A DNA stretch of 64,000 bases from NCBI RefSeq assembly GCF_018350175.1, contig NC_058368.1, positions 135,534,001 through 135,598,000 on the forward strand, given 5' to 3'. The notes below the pieces were generated by a model. It was not told the DNA's origin. It searched no databases and saw only the letters and a list, made by a program, of their open reading frames with translations. Source of the DNA: Felis catus (taxonomy: Eukaryota). Below are positions 1 to 12,702 of the stretch, in pieces. The position numbers were made by a program, and so were the translations under genes. Numbering within the stretch: position 1 is the stretch's first letter; each line of letters begins with the position of its first letter.

Positions 1-1167
1 TCGGGATCCATTTTGCAGAGGGCAGCTGTATGCATGCCCCATATAAATAGGCCGCTCTGTGTCCTGTGTGTCATTATAAATAATGCTCCCACACACCACA
101 GATTTTAATGCCTCCCAGAAAGCAAATCACTGTCAGTGAGAAGTTATACGACATTCCTGACCAAATTAGTTGGTTATTCATCGGAAGACCAACAAACTCA
201 GCCTCTGTTGAGCTGCGAAGGAGAGGGAAAAGCATCAAATGATTATGTAGACATTCTATAATTAGGGGTGGGAAAATGACTACATTGGAATCCTTTCCTG
301 AGCATGGCTAAACTACAACAGGTCTGGAGAGGTCAAGTAGTGTGGCTCCCGCCTCAGCCTGCTGCCGACTCCAGGGATCTATGAGCATAGGCCAACAGAA
401 AGGAAAAGCTACATTTTTCCTAGGGCTACTCCACTGGAAGTAGAACAAGATGTCAAGAATAACGGAGGAGAAGTTAAAAAAAAAAAAAAAAAACTCCAAG
501 GGACATGTAAGAAAGTTGGCTACGACGCGAATAAATGAAGCAGGAAAAAGGCAGAAGGCAGCATTCAGTCAGCTCAGATCACCCCTCACCTGGCCGACAC
601 AGGCTACTCACCAGCTGATTCCAATGCATTAGCTGGCGATGGAGGAGAAAACAGGGTTTGGGAGCTAATTTTTTTTTTTTATTTCCTTGCTTCTAATTGT
701 TCTTAATCCACATTCCTGAGATGGCTTAAGCATTAATAGGCTGAAGCTATGCTCTAGGATAACACTGGGTTAATTATATTTTTGGGGTTGCAAAGGACAG
801 TCAAAATTTCACATAGGCTACATGAAGTAATGAGGTACAAACAGTTATACAGGGTAATGTGTGTGGCTTCTCCTTTCTCTACCTGTCCAGACCTACTCAC
901 CATTTCCTAAGCCCCAATACAGCTGACTGAGCTCCATATTTCTCCAGAGATTGTTTACCAACGTAATTACTAGCTCTCACTGGCCAGAGCTTTTCCTGTT
1001 AGGCCCTCCTACTAGCTGTCTACCAGCCTATGAGCTGGCTGCCCTCGGGATAAGGTGTCTACTTCTGATCCAATCAGATGCCCACTCAACAAGGTACCGC
1101 TTAGGGCAGGTTCTTTAGCAAAGGGCTGTGAACAAAAGTAGTTTTCCTTAGAAAAGAATGGCAGAAT

Positions 1168-1612
1168 GGGGCACCTGGGTGGCTCAGTTGGTTGGGTGTT
1201 TGACTCTTGATTTCAGCTCAGGTCATGTTCTCATGGTTTGTGAGTTCAAGCCCCGTATTGAGCTCTGGGCTGGCAGCATGGAGCCTGCTTGGGATTCTGT
1301 CTCCCTCTCCCATTGCCCCTCCCCCGCTTGCTCTATAATCTCTCTCTCAAAAATAAATAAAAATAGGGGCCCCTGGGTGGCTCAGTCAGTTGAGTATCCG
1401 ACTTCGGCTCAGGTCATGATCTCTTGGTTTGTGAATTCAAGCCCTGCATCAGGCTCTGTGCTGACAGCTCAGAGCCTGGAGCCTGCTTCAGATTCTGTGT
1501 CTCCCTCTCTCTCTCTGCCCCTCCCCTACTCATGCTCTGTCTCTCTCTGTCTCTCAAAAAATAAATAAATGTTGAAAAAAATTTTTAGTAAATAAAAATA
1601 AACTTAAAAAAA
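1168..1612 (+). mobile_element. Two Can-SINEs (second in the tail of the first)
   Basis: tRNA-derived heads GGGGCACCTGGGTGGCTCAG, (CT)n, AATAAA/A tails; flanking AAAAGAATGG repeat. Confidence 0.92.
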
Positions 1613-1687
1613 GAATGGTGAGTGTCTCAAGCACATGTCTATGTTAAACTACCACCAAATACTTAAGTAGAAATAAACCATTAATTT

Positions 1688-1898
1688 AGGGTTTTTTTAA
1701 TGTTTATTCATTTTTGAGAGAGAGAGAGAGAGACAGAGAGCAACTGGGGGAGGGGCAGAAAGAGGGAGATAGAATTCGAGGCAGGCTCCAGGCTCTGAGC
1801 TGTCAACACAGAGCTGACACGGGGCTCCAACTCGTGAACGACGAGATAATGACTGGAGCAGAAGTCCAACACTTGACTGAGTCACCCAGGTGCCCCAT
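1688..1898 (-). mobile_element. Can-SINE
   Basis: 17-bp TSD AAATAAACCATTAATTT at 1671-1687 and 1899-1915. Confidence 0.93.
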
Positions 1899-1938
1899 AA
1901 ATAAACCATTAATTTGGAGGCAAGAATCTTTACAGGAG

Positions 1939-2117
1939 CAGGACCAGCTTCATGGGCTTATGACCTATGCAATTGCACAGGATCCCTAGGCTTAGAAGGG
2001 CTCACACACTTGGCTTAATGCCCCACTGTGGCCATCTCGACATTCTTAATGATTTTTGAACAAGGAGCTCCACATTTTCACTTTGCATGGGTCTTCCAAA
2101 TTATCTAGCTGTTCCTG
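1939..2117. mobile_element. MER91-like hAT-Tip100 element
   Basis: TIRs CAGGACCAGCT / AGCTGTTCCTG (10/11 complementary); body resembles recalled MER91. Confidence 0.7.
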
Positions 2118-2459
2118 TATAGAATTTTTTATTATAAAAAGTGAAGGGGGTTTCATAGAATCAAATAATTTTGGATCCAAGGATTCTTCTGAGATCATTT
2201 ACTCCAAATATTCATTTGACAGATAAGAAAACCAAGGTCAGAGAAAGGATAATTGGCTTATTCAAGATCCCCCAGTGAGTCCTGGCAATGTCAGACTAGA
2301 AACAGATTCTTATCACTCTGTGTCCAATCTCCTCATTCCTCCATGTGGCAGCCTTCCCAGCAGAGAGGACTGCCTGACACTTAGTCTATTTTGCCAAAAT
2401 ATTTGGTAAGCTGCTTAGAATTCTCATAAAATGAGGCTGATATAAAAACACAAATGTCA

Positions 2460-2895
2460 GGGCACCTGGGTGGCTCAGTCTGTTAAGCTTCCTACTCTTG
2501 ATTTCAGCTCAGGTCACGATTTCACAGTCGTGAGATCAAGCCTCGCATAGGTCTCCAAGCTGAACGTGGAGCCTACTTGAGATTCTCTGTCTCTGTCTCT
2601 CTCTGCTCCTCCCCCACTTGTTTTCTCTCTCTCAAAATAAATAAATAAACATTGAAAAAAAAAACCACAAAGAGGGGGGGTGCCTGGATGGTTCCATTGG
2701 TTAAGTGAACGACTCTTGGTTTCAGCTTAGGTCATAATGTCACAGTTCGTGAATTCAAGCCCCACATCCGGCTCTGTGCTGACAGTGCAGAGCCTGCTTG
2801 GGATTCTCTCTCTCCTTCTCTCTCTGCCCCTCTTCCACTCGTGATCTCTCTCTCTCTCTCTCTCTCTCCCAAAATAAATAAATAAACTTTTTGAA
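2460..2895 (+). mobile_element. Tandem Can-SINE pair
   Basis: Two heads; flanking AAAAACACAAATGT repeat. Confidence 0.9.
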
Positions 2896-3039
2896 AAAAC
2901 ACAAATGTTGATCTTTCCTTGTTCAATCTTACAGTTTATTTCTTCACCTCTTCACCTTTGACTTCCTCAAAACAAATGGCACTGACAATCCCCAAAATCC
3001 AAAAGGAAAGCTGGGTGGAGGAATGTAGACTAACGGAAA

Positions 3040-3625
3040 TTCTGTGGAGGATCTTTTGGTAATAGATATCAAAATTGCACTGTTCATACCCTTCAACCCC
3101 GCAATTCCATTTCTACATGTAGTCTCACATATGCACAAGGACTTCTGGGTGCCCAAGCCTACTCACTGCAGTATTGATTATAACAGCAAAAGATTGGAAA
3201 CAACCTAAATATCCATCAACAGGAGACTAGCTTAAAGAAAAAGATGATAATACATTCATGGAACAGAATATTACGTAGCTCTTATGAAAAAAAAAGAACT
3301 TAATCTCTATCTACTAGTATAGAAAAAGACCAAATTACTGTTTCATGAAAAAGCAATGTACAAAACAGTATACACCATGCTTCTGTTTGTGAGGGGCAGG
3401 TTATTTCATTATATGTCCTATAATTACTTACACACGTTTGGGGGATTTGGATATGCATGGAATTTGTCTGGAAGCATCTGCAGAAAAAGAGTGACTGCCT
3501 CTGAGGAAGGGACATGGGAGACTCAGAGATAGGAATGTGGGGGAGATTGTCATTCTATGCCCTTTGTTCCCTTAAAATTTGTACTCTGTGCACATACTAT
3601 GTTTTCAAAAACTAATTAGTTAAAA
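3040..3625 (+). mobile_element. Ancient L1ME-type fragment
   Basis: Degenerate CCCGCAATTCCATTTCTA...GGAAACAACCTAAATATCCATCAACAGG L1 3' motifs. Confidence 0.65.
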
Positions 3626-4252
3626 TAAATGAGTGTCTGAAGAGGGACCCCATGACACCACCAGTATTATATCACATCTACAACAAAGAGAAACATACTA
3701 TTGCCATCATTTTTACTTTTTCTGGGACCTTGTATTGAACTGGTAGACAAAGGAAATGATACATAGTTAAATCAGAGCTTGAAAAACAATTCTCTCCCTT
3801 TCCCCTCCTCTGTTCTGCATTAAAAAAAAAATCTGCATGACCCATTGCTTGTTTAGTCATTGGCACAACTGTGTGACACAGTGGAGAAGATGAGGAATGT
3901 TCCCAATATTCCTTTGGAAAGTTGCCAATATCATCTGTAAAGTGCCCTTCAGACATAATCCACGTACATTTTCTCAGTGCACCTACCATCAGCATTCCTA
4001 CGCACTTTAACGAGAGTTTTATTTTGAACCAAAACCACAAAGGGGGACAGAATCTTCGATACTGCCCTGGTTTAACAGAAGTATGTTTTCCTCAGGTGAC
4101 AGCAGAAGAGGTGAGCTTAGTCGTCTCGGTAAACCCACTTCCTTGGGAAAACTGTGGTCCTTAGTTGGGGAGCAAACACAAGGGAGTATCTTTCCGCCTC
4201 ATATCCTCTTTGCAGCTCCTCCTCTACACAGCGTACCTTTATACAACGCACA

Positions 4253-4768
4253 TGTGGTGGATCAAAGACGGCCACAAATTCTTGGACACTCCTCTCCTTG
4301 GAAAAATGAGATCTGTTTCCATTCTCCTCGCTTCTGGGCTGCCCTGTGACTGCTTTGACCAATGGAGTATGGCAGAATTGGCGCCATGCCAATTCCAAGT
4401 GCTGTCTCTGCGAGAAGCAGCACCTTCCTCCTTGTCTTCTTAGAGTCTTAAGCAAGGCACTATGTAAAAGTCCGAGTGCCCTCTGAGCACATGAGATGCC
4501 CTAGGACTACATGGAGATGGAAAGGGACCTAACTAAAGTCACTCCTATCAGGACATCAGGCTGTGGGTGAAGCCATCTTGGACCCTTCAGCCCAAACCAG
4601 CCACCAGCTGAAGAGCACCAAGTGACCCAGTCAATGCCACATGGAGCAAAAGAATCGCCCAGCCAAGCACTGCCCAAATTCCTGATCCACAAAATGAAGA
4701 GATACAACAAATGTTATTTTAAGACACTAAGTTTGGGGCTCGTATGTTATGCAGAAATAGATACCCCG
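4253..4768 (+). mobile_element. MLT1 (ERVL-MaLR) LTR
   Basis: TGTGGTGG start; typical 3' end ...TTTTAAGACACTAAGTTTGGGG...TTATGCAGAAATAGATA. Confidence 0.7.
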
Positions 4769-7382
4769 TATACCACACCATCACTATTAAGCACCGACAG
4801 CTTCAAACCTTTCATACTCAGAATTCTCTTTCCTAATTTGCCTCCGAACAATGACAGAAGAATCTCATGCCAGGCAGCCACAGCTACTGGGAAAAGGGGC
4901 CAGGTCCAAGCTGAAACAACAAAAGAATCTCCAACTCCCAACACCTACTCCCCACAGTGCTAGAGATAAGTCTACATGGCCAAGTTGAAGCACCATCCCC
5001 TGCCACTGAGGACCCCAGAGATCGCGGGCCACAGAACTTGGAGTTTGCCAGTCCATGTAGGGCCACTATCCCGGAGGGTGTCCTTTGCCCCCCCCAACAA
5101 CTCCAGTGCTCCACCAAATCCATGTCCACCAACCCCCTGTATACCACCTCATGGGGGTCACATATGTTTATTCTTGGATATGGGGTGAAAACCACACCCT
5201 CTTACTCGAGCCCTTGCCCTTTCAGGCTGGGCTGAGAGAAAGAAAGCTAAGTCTATGAAAGAGATATTTCTGGATCAACTTCCCAGGCCCACAACGACTG
5301 GCAGGTCACCACCCACTCCAGCCCCTGTGCCTGTTCTCACCCATCCACAGGGTTACCAAGGCCTCAGGGAGGTGGCACCGTTAGAAACCATAATTACAGA
5401 TTTCATCATACACTTGAGCTCCCCACGAACAAATTCTTCCATACAACATGCAAATCTATTGTTCGACTTTCAAACATCCAACCAACTTTCAAACACATTG
5501 TGGGGAACCCACTAAGTACAAAAGTAACACATTGCCTCTTCTGAATTGTAGACATGGCCTTGAAATTCAGAAAAGGGCATTTTCAGGGTGGAGGCAAAAA
5601 TGGAAGATTTAGAAGTAACATGGCGAAGGAGGACAATGAGGCTAGCAAACATGGTTTACAAAGTCCAGGTTGTGCAAAGGGGCCCATGAGCAGAGAAGCC
5701 GTGTGAGGGCAAAAGGGAGGTGCCAGGTGGGTCTCTCCTCTCCTGCTTCCTGGCTTCCAACGAGTCAAGTCCCTTTCATTGTGACTGAAGGCCTTTCCTT
5801 CACCATGGTCTATATAGACAAACTGGAGTGGTGACTTGGCCATCTGAATAACCTATTTTGATAGATCTGAAAGTCTGAATATTACCAACGAGAAAGGTGT
5901 TGGTTTGAGAGAAAGCTGTTTCTCACAAGCCAGAGGAAGAAATTTTAGGATATTCCTAAATTATCTCAACAATTTTCTCAATCTCTCACTTCAGACAAAA
6001 TATTTAAAGAAAAACTCTTTCTAAAGCATTCTTGGGTCAGGTCTTACAGAAGCAGAGAAGAGAAGAGGGAAGGGTAGAGCCACCCAGATTACCTGTCTGG
6101 TTGCTTAGACTGGTCCAATTTCACTAAGAATCACACAAACCTCTTCATTCCTTCTGCCGTGCTCACCTGACCTTTTTCAATTTCTTTTTCTTTTCTCCAT
6201 TACCTTAAGGGAGTAATCTAGACACTCTGGCTTTCTTTGCATGCAAAATGTAACAGTTCTTTCTTTCTTCTTTTCAGATAAAGGCAGTCTTGGGGAAAGG
6301 AAAAGAAAAGCGCCTGGCTTCTTCAAATTAGCTCTGAAATAAAAGTCACTGCCAGATGTTATATAAAAGGTGACGTAATCCTAAAGTACTTCATTACATA
6401 TGCAGCTCTGCTCTTCAGCCCAGGAGGAGTTTATTACATTTTGTCGATCCCATTTTCTATACCCACATCATTTTTACATAATTTTTCCTGCCTGACAGAC
6501 ATCTTCACATTTTCACAGCAACCCATCAAGATAGCATTACAACAGCACAGGGAGCCAGGTTAGCAGTTTACAAATAACGGTGCTAATAAGCCAGATTTGT
6601 CCCTGAGATACAAATCAGGGGTAAACGGTCTATCCATGCATGTGAGAAGCACATCTATTTTAGAATAATAGGGAAGAAAGCAGACCTCCATTCCAGCTGA
6701 CACCATGTTCTTCCAGAACATGGACCAAATCTAGTCCACAAGTAGGAAAACGGGGAAATGCCAATCTAAACTTATTTCTGCAATTCTCTTTGTTTTCCTA
6801 ATAAATTCCTGGCTCGTGGTGAAATAGATAGCCATGGCAAACGCCATTAAGATCGAACTTCCTGCCTTTTGGGATTGGCACAAGATTTAGAAGAAAACGC
6901 ACCGTTTGTACCAATGCAATATCTAGTTCCTGAGATGCTGTAAGTGCGCACCCTGCGAGACACTTCCTCCCACTCCCCAGGTGCTAAATATCTTTCCCCC
7001 TCCTTCCCAGGCACTCGCGGCCCCACTGCCCTCTGATGGTGAAAGGCGGCAGTGCAGGCTGGAAGCTTAATTGCTGCAGAAGGATTGAGAGTGGCTGGAG
7101 GGAATGGCTGGGAGATCATCTGCCTTAACGTCAGTGTCAAAGGCCAGGTACATTCAGCTCTTAGCTACTTACCAGAAATGAATCTATCTGACTTAGAATT
7201 CCAGTGGGATAAGAAAATGCCCTGTAACTGTCACCCCAAGGAAACAAAAATGCCATTCATCTTGAGAACCTCCTTAAGTTTTAAGGAAAGACCCCTGTTA
7301 AAATGAACTTTGTGGTTTTAAAGTATAATTACATACTTAGGGTAACAGAGGTGCTCATTCTTTTATAAGAGCAGGATTTGAG

Positions 7383-7544
7383 GGGCGCCTGGGTGGCTCA
7401 GTTGGTTTAGCATCCAACTTTGGCTTGTGTCATGATCTCGCAGTTCATGAGTTCAAGCCCCGTGTAGGGCTCTATGCTGACAGCTCAGAGCCTGGAGCCT
7501 GCCTGGATTCTGTGTCTCCTTCTCTCTCTGCCCTTTCCCTGCTT

Positions 7545-7593
<49 letters not shown>

Positions 7594-7885
7594 GTCTCTC
7601 AAAAATAAACATTAAGGGGTGCCTGGTGGCTCAGTCGGTTAAGCGTCCAACTTCGGCTCAGGTCATGATCTCATGGTTCTTGGGTTCGAGTCCCGCATCA
7701 GGCTCTGTGCTGGCAGCTCAAAGCCTGGAGCCTGCTTCGGATTCTGTGTCTCCCTCTCTCTCTGTTCCTCCCTCGCTTACACTCTGTCTCTCTCTCTCTC
7801 AAAAATAAATAGACATTTAAAAAATTAGAATTAAAAAATAGATATTTAAAGAACATTTTTTAAATAATAATAATAAAACAAAAAA
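7383..7885 (+). mobile_element. Tandem/nested Can-SINE pair
   Basis: Heads at 7383 and 7616; flanking AAGAGCAG..TTTGA. Confidence 0.92.
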
Positions 7886-8336
7886 AGAGCAGTGTTTGAA
7901 TACAGGATAAAGGGACATGTGAAGGCTTTATAGAAGAACTCTGACCCTCCCTGACTGCCAAGGAAATAGATACAGATCTGTGGATAACTAGCGCACCAAA
8001 TAAATGTATTCTATTTCTTATTTGTGTCCAAAGGCAACACATTCCTTTGTTCTACAAGTAATTTCCTTCAGAGGTTCAAAAATTCTTTTCCTTTTTAAAG
8101 TAGTTTTTCTTTATATGAAGGTTATTCATGCACATAGTGTAGAATCAAATAATTCTACAGGTCTCATTCCAAAAACAAGGCAGTCCCAGCCACGCTCTCC
8201 TTCTGTTTTTAGCTCCGTTAACTGGATCACTTGCTATGTACATCCACATTTCTAAATAACCTCTTTATGTTGCTACTTCTCAATATTCCAGTTTAGGCAC
8301 CTTATACTGACCTTGCACTATGGAAGATGATTTCAT

Positions 8337-8363
8337 ACACACACACACACGCACACACACACG

Positions 8364-8402
<39 letters not shown>
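8337..8402. repeat. Compound (CA)n/(CG)n microsatellite
   Basis: Direct reading. Confidence 0.95.
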
Positions 8403-8404
<2 letters not shown>

Positions 8405-8603
8405 CTCCACCACACATATATAGTTCCCAGTATAGAATAATTTGGGTAAGGTTAATAACATTTATAACACTATGAGTAGTAAAGTCTTGACAGCTAGTCA
8501 TGCGGTACACCCTATTTACCCTTTCTCGCCTTAACAAGTTTTTAATTTTCCTTGGAGTTAACAAATAAAGTTAACTTTTTTTCATATGCTACGCTTTCTT
8601 CAT

Positions 8604-9067
8604 TGTATTAGTCTTGTCAAGGCTGCTATAATAAAATACCGCAACCTATGTGGCTTTAAACAACAGAAATTTATTGTTTCACAGTTCTAAAAGCTAGAAG
8701 TCTGAAATCAAGGTGTCGGCAAGGCCATGCTCTCTCTGAAGTCTACAGGAGGATGATCCTTCTCTGCCCGTCTAGGTCCTAGGAAGATCTCTGCTCTGAT
8801 GGTCACCTGTCCTTTTCCCTGTGTATATCTGTGTCTCCATCTGGCATTCTTCTTACTTTGTATGTGTCTGCGTCTTTTCTCCTCTTGTTATCAGGACATC
8901 AGTCTTCGTAAATTAAGGGCCTGCCCTACTCCTGTATGACCTCACCTTAACTTACATCTTAATTACCTCTGCAAAGACCTTATTTCCGAATAAGTTCGCA
9001 TTCTCAGGTATCAAAAGTTAGGACTTCAACATATTTGGGGGGGGGGGTCATTATTCTACCTAAAACA
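8604..9067 (-). mobile_element. MLT1B/C-type MaLR LTR
   Basis: TGTATTAGT...GCTGCTATAATAAAATACC...CAAAGACCTTATTTCC...AGGACTTCAACATAT. Confidence 0.8.
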
Positions 9068-10234
9068 TTTATCTTCACTAATTTATCTCAAACTCTGTCC
9101 AGTTCTCTAAATCTCCTTTGAGTGTATTCAAACATTTTCTGTTTCCTATCAGGTTTCATCTCTTGGATTAGTTTACATTCAAATGGGCTTTTCCTATATG
9201 ATTGGTTACAGTTACAGCCCCGTGTAGCTTCGGGTTCAGTGCAAAAACAGTGTATGTTTCCCTCTTAATAGTCTCATTGGCTATACAGGGTCACATGCCA
9301 ATCTCAAGCCAACAATTACAGGCAGGAGAATGCTGTGTGCACATTGGCTTAGACCTGCGTCTTCTGTTCCATCACCAAAGATGGGAATAGGGCAGCTTCA
9401 TTTAACTACCTGATCTGAGCATGGGGAATAGGTGATTAAACATGAGGTGAATAGATGCGGAGCACCAAAAGTAACTTAATGTCCACTATAGCTTGTTAAT
9501 AAGCACTTTAAGAGAGGTCACTTTCCCCCAAGGCCCAACACAGATTTGGGCCCTTTACAGAATTTTATGATAATCTACTCACTCCAAGAAGGTTAAGAAA
9601 ACAGAAAAGAAATTGAATGAAAATACATTTAGATCTACACTTTATCCTTTTTCTGATATTATAGGGATTCGTTTGGTAATGTCTAAGGGAAAAATACTTG
9701 TCACTTGAATACATTTTTATGTCCTAAATGTTTGCAGAGAAGGTATTACCCCTCATACAAAATGTCCTACAAATGGAAGGAAATATCCTGTGGTCAAATC
9801 CCCATGATTTCAAACAGAATGATTCAGAAAATAAAAAATTCCAACCAGGCAGGCAATCACCATCCTGTTGATAAAAATGTTCTCCTGCTGAGATGCCACA
9901 GAAGCTTTCTCCAAATGAGTTTTCGCACCACACTCCAGTTGTCCAACATCATCTCTTCCCTTCTATGAAGGAGAGAACAGCAGCCTCATTTCCCATCCAC
10001 CTTACAGCACCTGCCCCCGGGAAGGAACAGAAAATATTTAACTTCACATTTCCTTTTTATTGGTTCCCCTATTAATTTTTTCCATCTTTGACTAATTTTT
10101 TTATACTTTTGAACTACAGGTCCAAAACTCTAACAGTCAATTTATTCACGGAAACTGTACATTTGAGCCTAAGAATTAACAGTCTTCCAGCGTGAGTGGC
10201 TGGGACAAGGCAAACAAAACCTTAAAGACATAAG

Positions 10235-10450
10235 TACCTGGGTGGCTCAGTCCAGTAAGTGTCTGACTCTTGGTTTCAGCTCAGGTCATGATCTCACAAG
10301 TTCCTGAGTTTGAGCCTCACAGTGAGCTCCATGCCGGTTCAGAGGCTGCTTGGGATTTTCTCTCTCCCACTCGCATGCTCTCTCTCTCTCTCTCGTTCTC
10401 TCTCTCTCTCTCAAAACAAATCCATAAATAATAAAAATAAAATAAAAAAA
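10235..10450 (+). mobile_element. Can-SINE (older)
   Basis: CCTGGGTGGCTCAG head, (CT)n, A-rich tail. Confidence 0.85.
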
Positions 10451-10510
10451 AGATATAAGACCTAAGACAACAAAATCAAAAAGAAAAATGAGGGAAACAG
10501 GAGAAGATGA

Positions 10511-10986
10511 TGTGATGATTAATTTCATGTGTCAACTTGACTGGGTCATGGGATGTCCACATATCTGGTTAGACATTATTTCTGGGTCTGTGTGTGAGGG
10601 TGTTTCAAAAAGAGATTAGCATGTGAATTAGTGGACTGAATAAAGCAGACTGCCCTCCCCAGTGTGGGTGGGCCTCATCCAATCCTTTGAGGGCATAGGT
10701 AGAACCAAATGGCAGAGAAAGGCTGACTCCTCTCTGCCTGACTGCTGGAAGTGGATCATCTCCTCTGCCTTTAGCACTCCTGCTTTTCAGGCCTTTGGAC
10801 CCAGATTGGAATCTCCAGCCCTCAGAGCTTCAAACTACACCCTTAATTCTCCTGTGCCTCCGGCTTACAGATGGCAGGATCATGAGTCTTCTCAGCCTCC
10901 ATACCATGTGACCGAATACCTTATAATAAACTTCTTTATATATATGCATATACCATAGGTTCCGTTCCCTGGAAAATCCTAATACA
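10511..10986 (+). mobile_element. MLT2 (ERVL) solo LTR
   Basis: TGTGATG..GTGTCAACTTGACTGGG start, AATAAA near 10925, ends CCTAATACA; 5-bp TSD GATGA/GATGG. Confidence 0.85.
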
Positions 10987-11772
10987 GATGGAGTCAGAGC
11001 GGGGCTAGGAAAAAACAAAAAAAAAAAAGGAAGAATAGAGAGAGAAAGCCAAGAAAATGGTGAGAAGACAGAGAGACTGATATAAGAGAGGAAAAGCCCT
11101 AACCTCCATATGAGGATCAGCACTCTGTAATTCACACCCAGCTGCTCCGTAATTCACTGCCTAACCTGTCACCTCTCGGGGCCTCAACCTCCCCACTGAG
11201 AGGAGTGACCCAACACATCTCTTGAGTCCTTCTGGTTCTACACACTGTCATGATCCTCTGCAGGTGCCACCCACTCAGTTAACCCTCATGCTATATGGGT
11301 GCCTACCTGGCAGGGTCCTTACCCATATGGGATGGCAGTCAAGCAACTCACTGTAGGAACTAGACGTAAATGCTGCCTTTGCCAGTATAGCCATCTTCAG
11401 CATTCTGAGATCAGAGAGGGAGGATCCCAGGGGGCTGGGCAGCTAAGTGCTGGATGTAAAGCTGCCAAACCATCAGGCCCAAGGGAGGTGCTCTAAGAAG
11501 AGCATTTCCTAAAAACTCAGCATTTAAAATGACACATCTTAACATGCCATTCCCAGAACCCATCATCTCCCCTCCTGTGGGACTTTAATGGTTGAAAAGA
11601 CAATGAGGTCTCTTTCCCAGGTCATATTAATGAAAGACCTATTTCCCAGATCAATGCCCTCCAAAGCAAATATATACTCTCTTTATGTTGTATTCACCCT
11701 TCTATTTGTTGCTGCTCTACATGTAAGGATATGAGATTTTATAGTGTGATTAGTATTGAGAAGTTTGGGCCA

Positions 11773-11960
11773 GCAGTGATCTTCAACTCTGGGGCATTAA
11801 ATCATGTAGAGAGCTTTTTTTTTTTTTTAATATGAATGTATGGGCCTCTTTCCTAAAAATTTTCATTTAATTGGTCTGGTGAGGAGATCCAAGCCTCAGT
11901 CTTTTTTTTTTTAACCACTCCCCAGGCAACCTAATGTGAGGCCAGGTGAGAAGCACTGGG
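11773..11960. mobile_element. MER5-like hAT-Charlie fragment
   Basis: CAGTGATCTTCAA ... GAGAAGCACTG termini; internal CTCCCCAGG motif. Confidence 0.55.
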
Positions 11961-12480
11961 CTGAGGGATTGCGGTGTTTCCAAAAGGCTCAGAGTGGCCA
12001 TGAACACCTCTGACACACATGCTTTACATTCCCGGTTTTTTTAGCCAAGAATTCTTAAGGAGAAGTTCCACCCACAACAGCAATAGATGCTGTGTATTTG
12101 GGTCCAGCTTTTCTCTTTCCCATCTAGAGTTTACAGCTTGTATAGACATTCCCCCAGGCAAGCAAGGGTCCTAGCAAGGGTGAGAACACCACCAAATTTT
12201 CTGCCAAGCTTTTAAACTTGGGTTTATGTTGCCATTTCAGAACTCACACTAATAGTCTAGTACTTCCATCTAAGGGAATGCATTCCAATGCCAAGTCCTT
12301 GTAGTTCTGTGATATATTCATCAACAAAACCATATCTTGGGTAGTGGAGAAAGTAGAGTCAATGCCCATATGTTCCTGAATCTTAAGTTTTCTCCAGTAT
12401 TCTGAAGAGTCGGTCTCTCTACCGAGTTTAAAAGAGCTATATTCTCCTGAGCACTATCATACAGTTTGTTGTGGATTTTT

Positions 12481-12702
12481 ATTTATTTTAAAGGCTTTTT
12501 GTTAATGTTTATTTTTCAGAGAGAGAGAGACAGAGTGTGAGTAGGGGAGGGACACAGAGAGAGGGAGACACAGAATCCGAAGCAGACTCCAGGATCTGAG
12601 CTGTCAGCACAGAGCTCGACGAGGGGCTCAAACTCATGAACCGTGAGATCATGACCTGAGCCAAAGTCAGATGCTCAAATGACTGAGCCACCCAGGCACC
12701 CC
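12481..12702 (-). mobile_element. Can-SINE
   Basis: TSD TGTTGTGGATTTTT on both sides. Confidence 0.92.
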
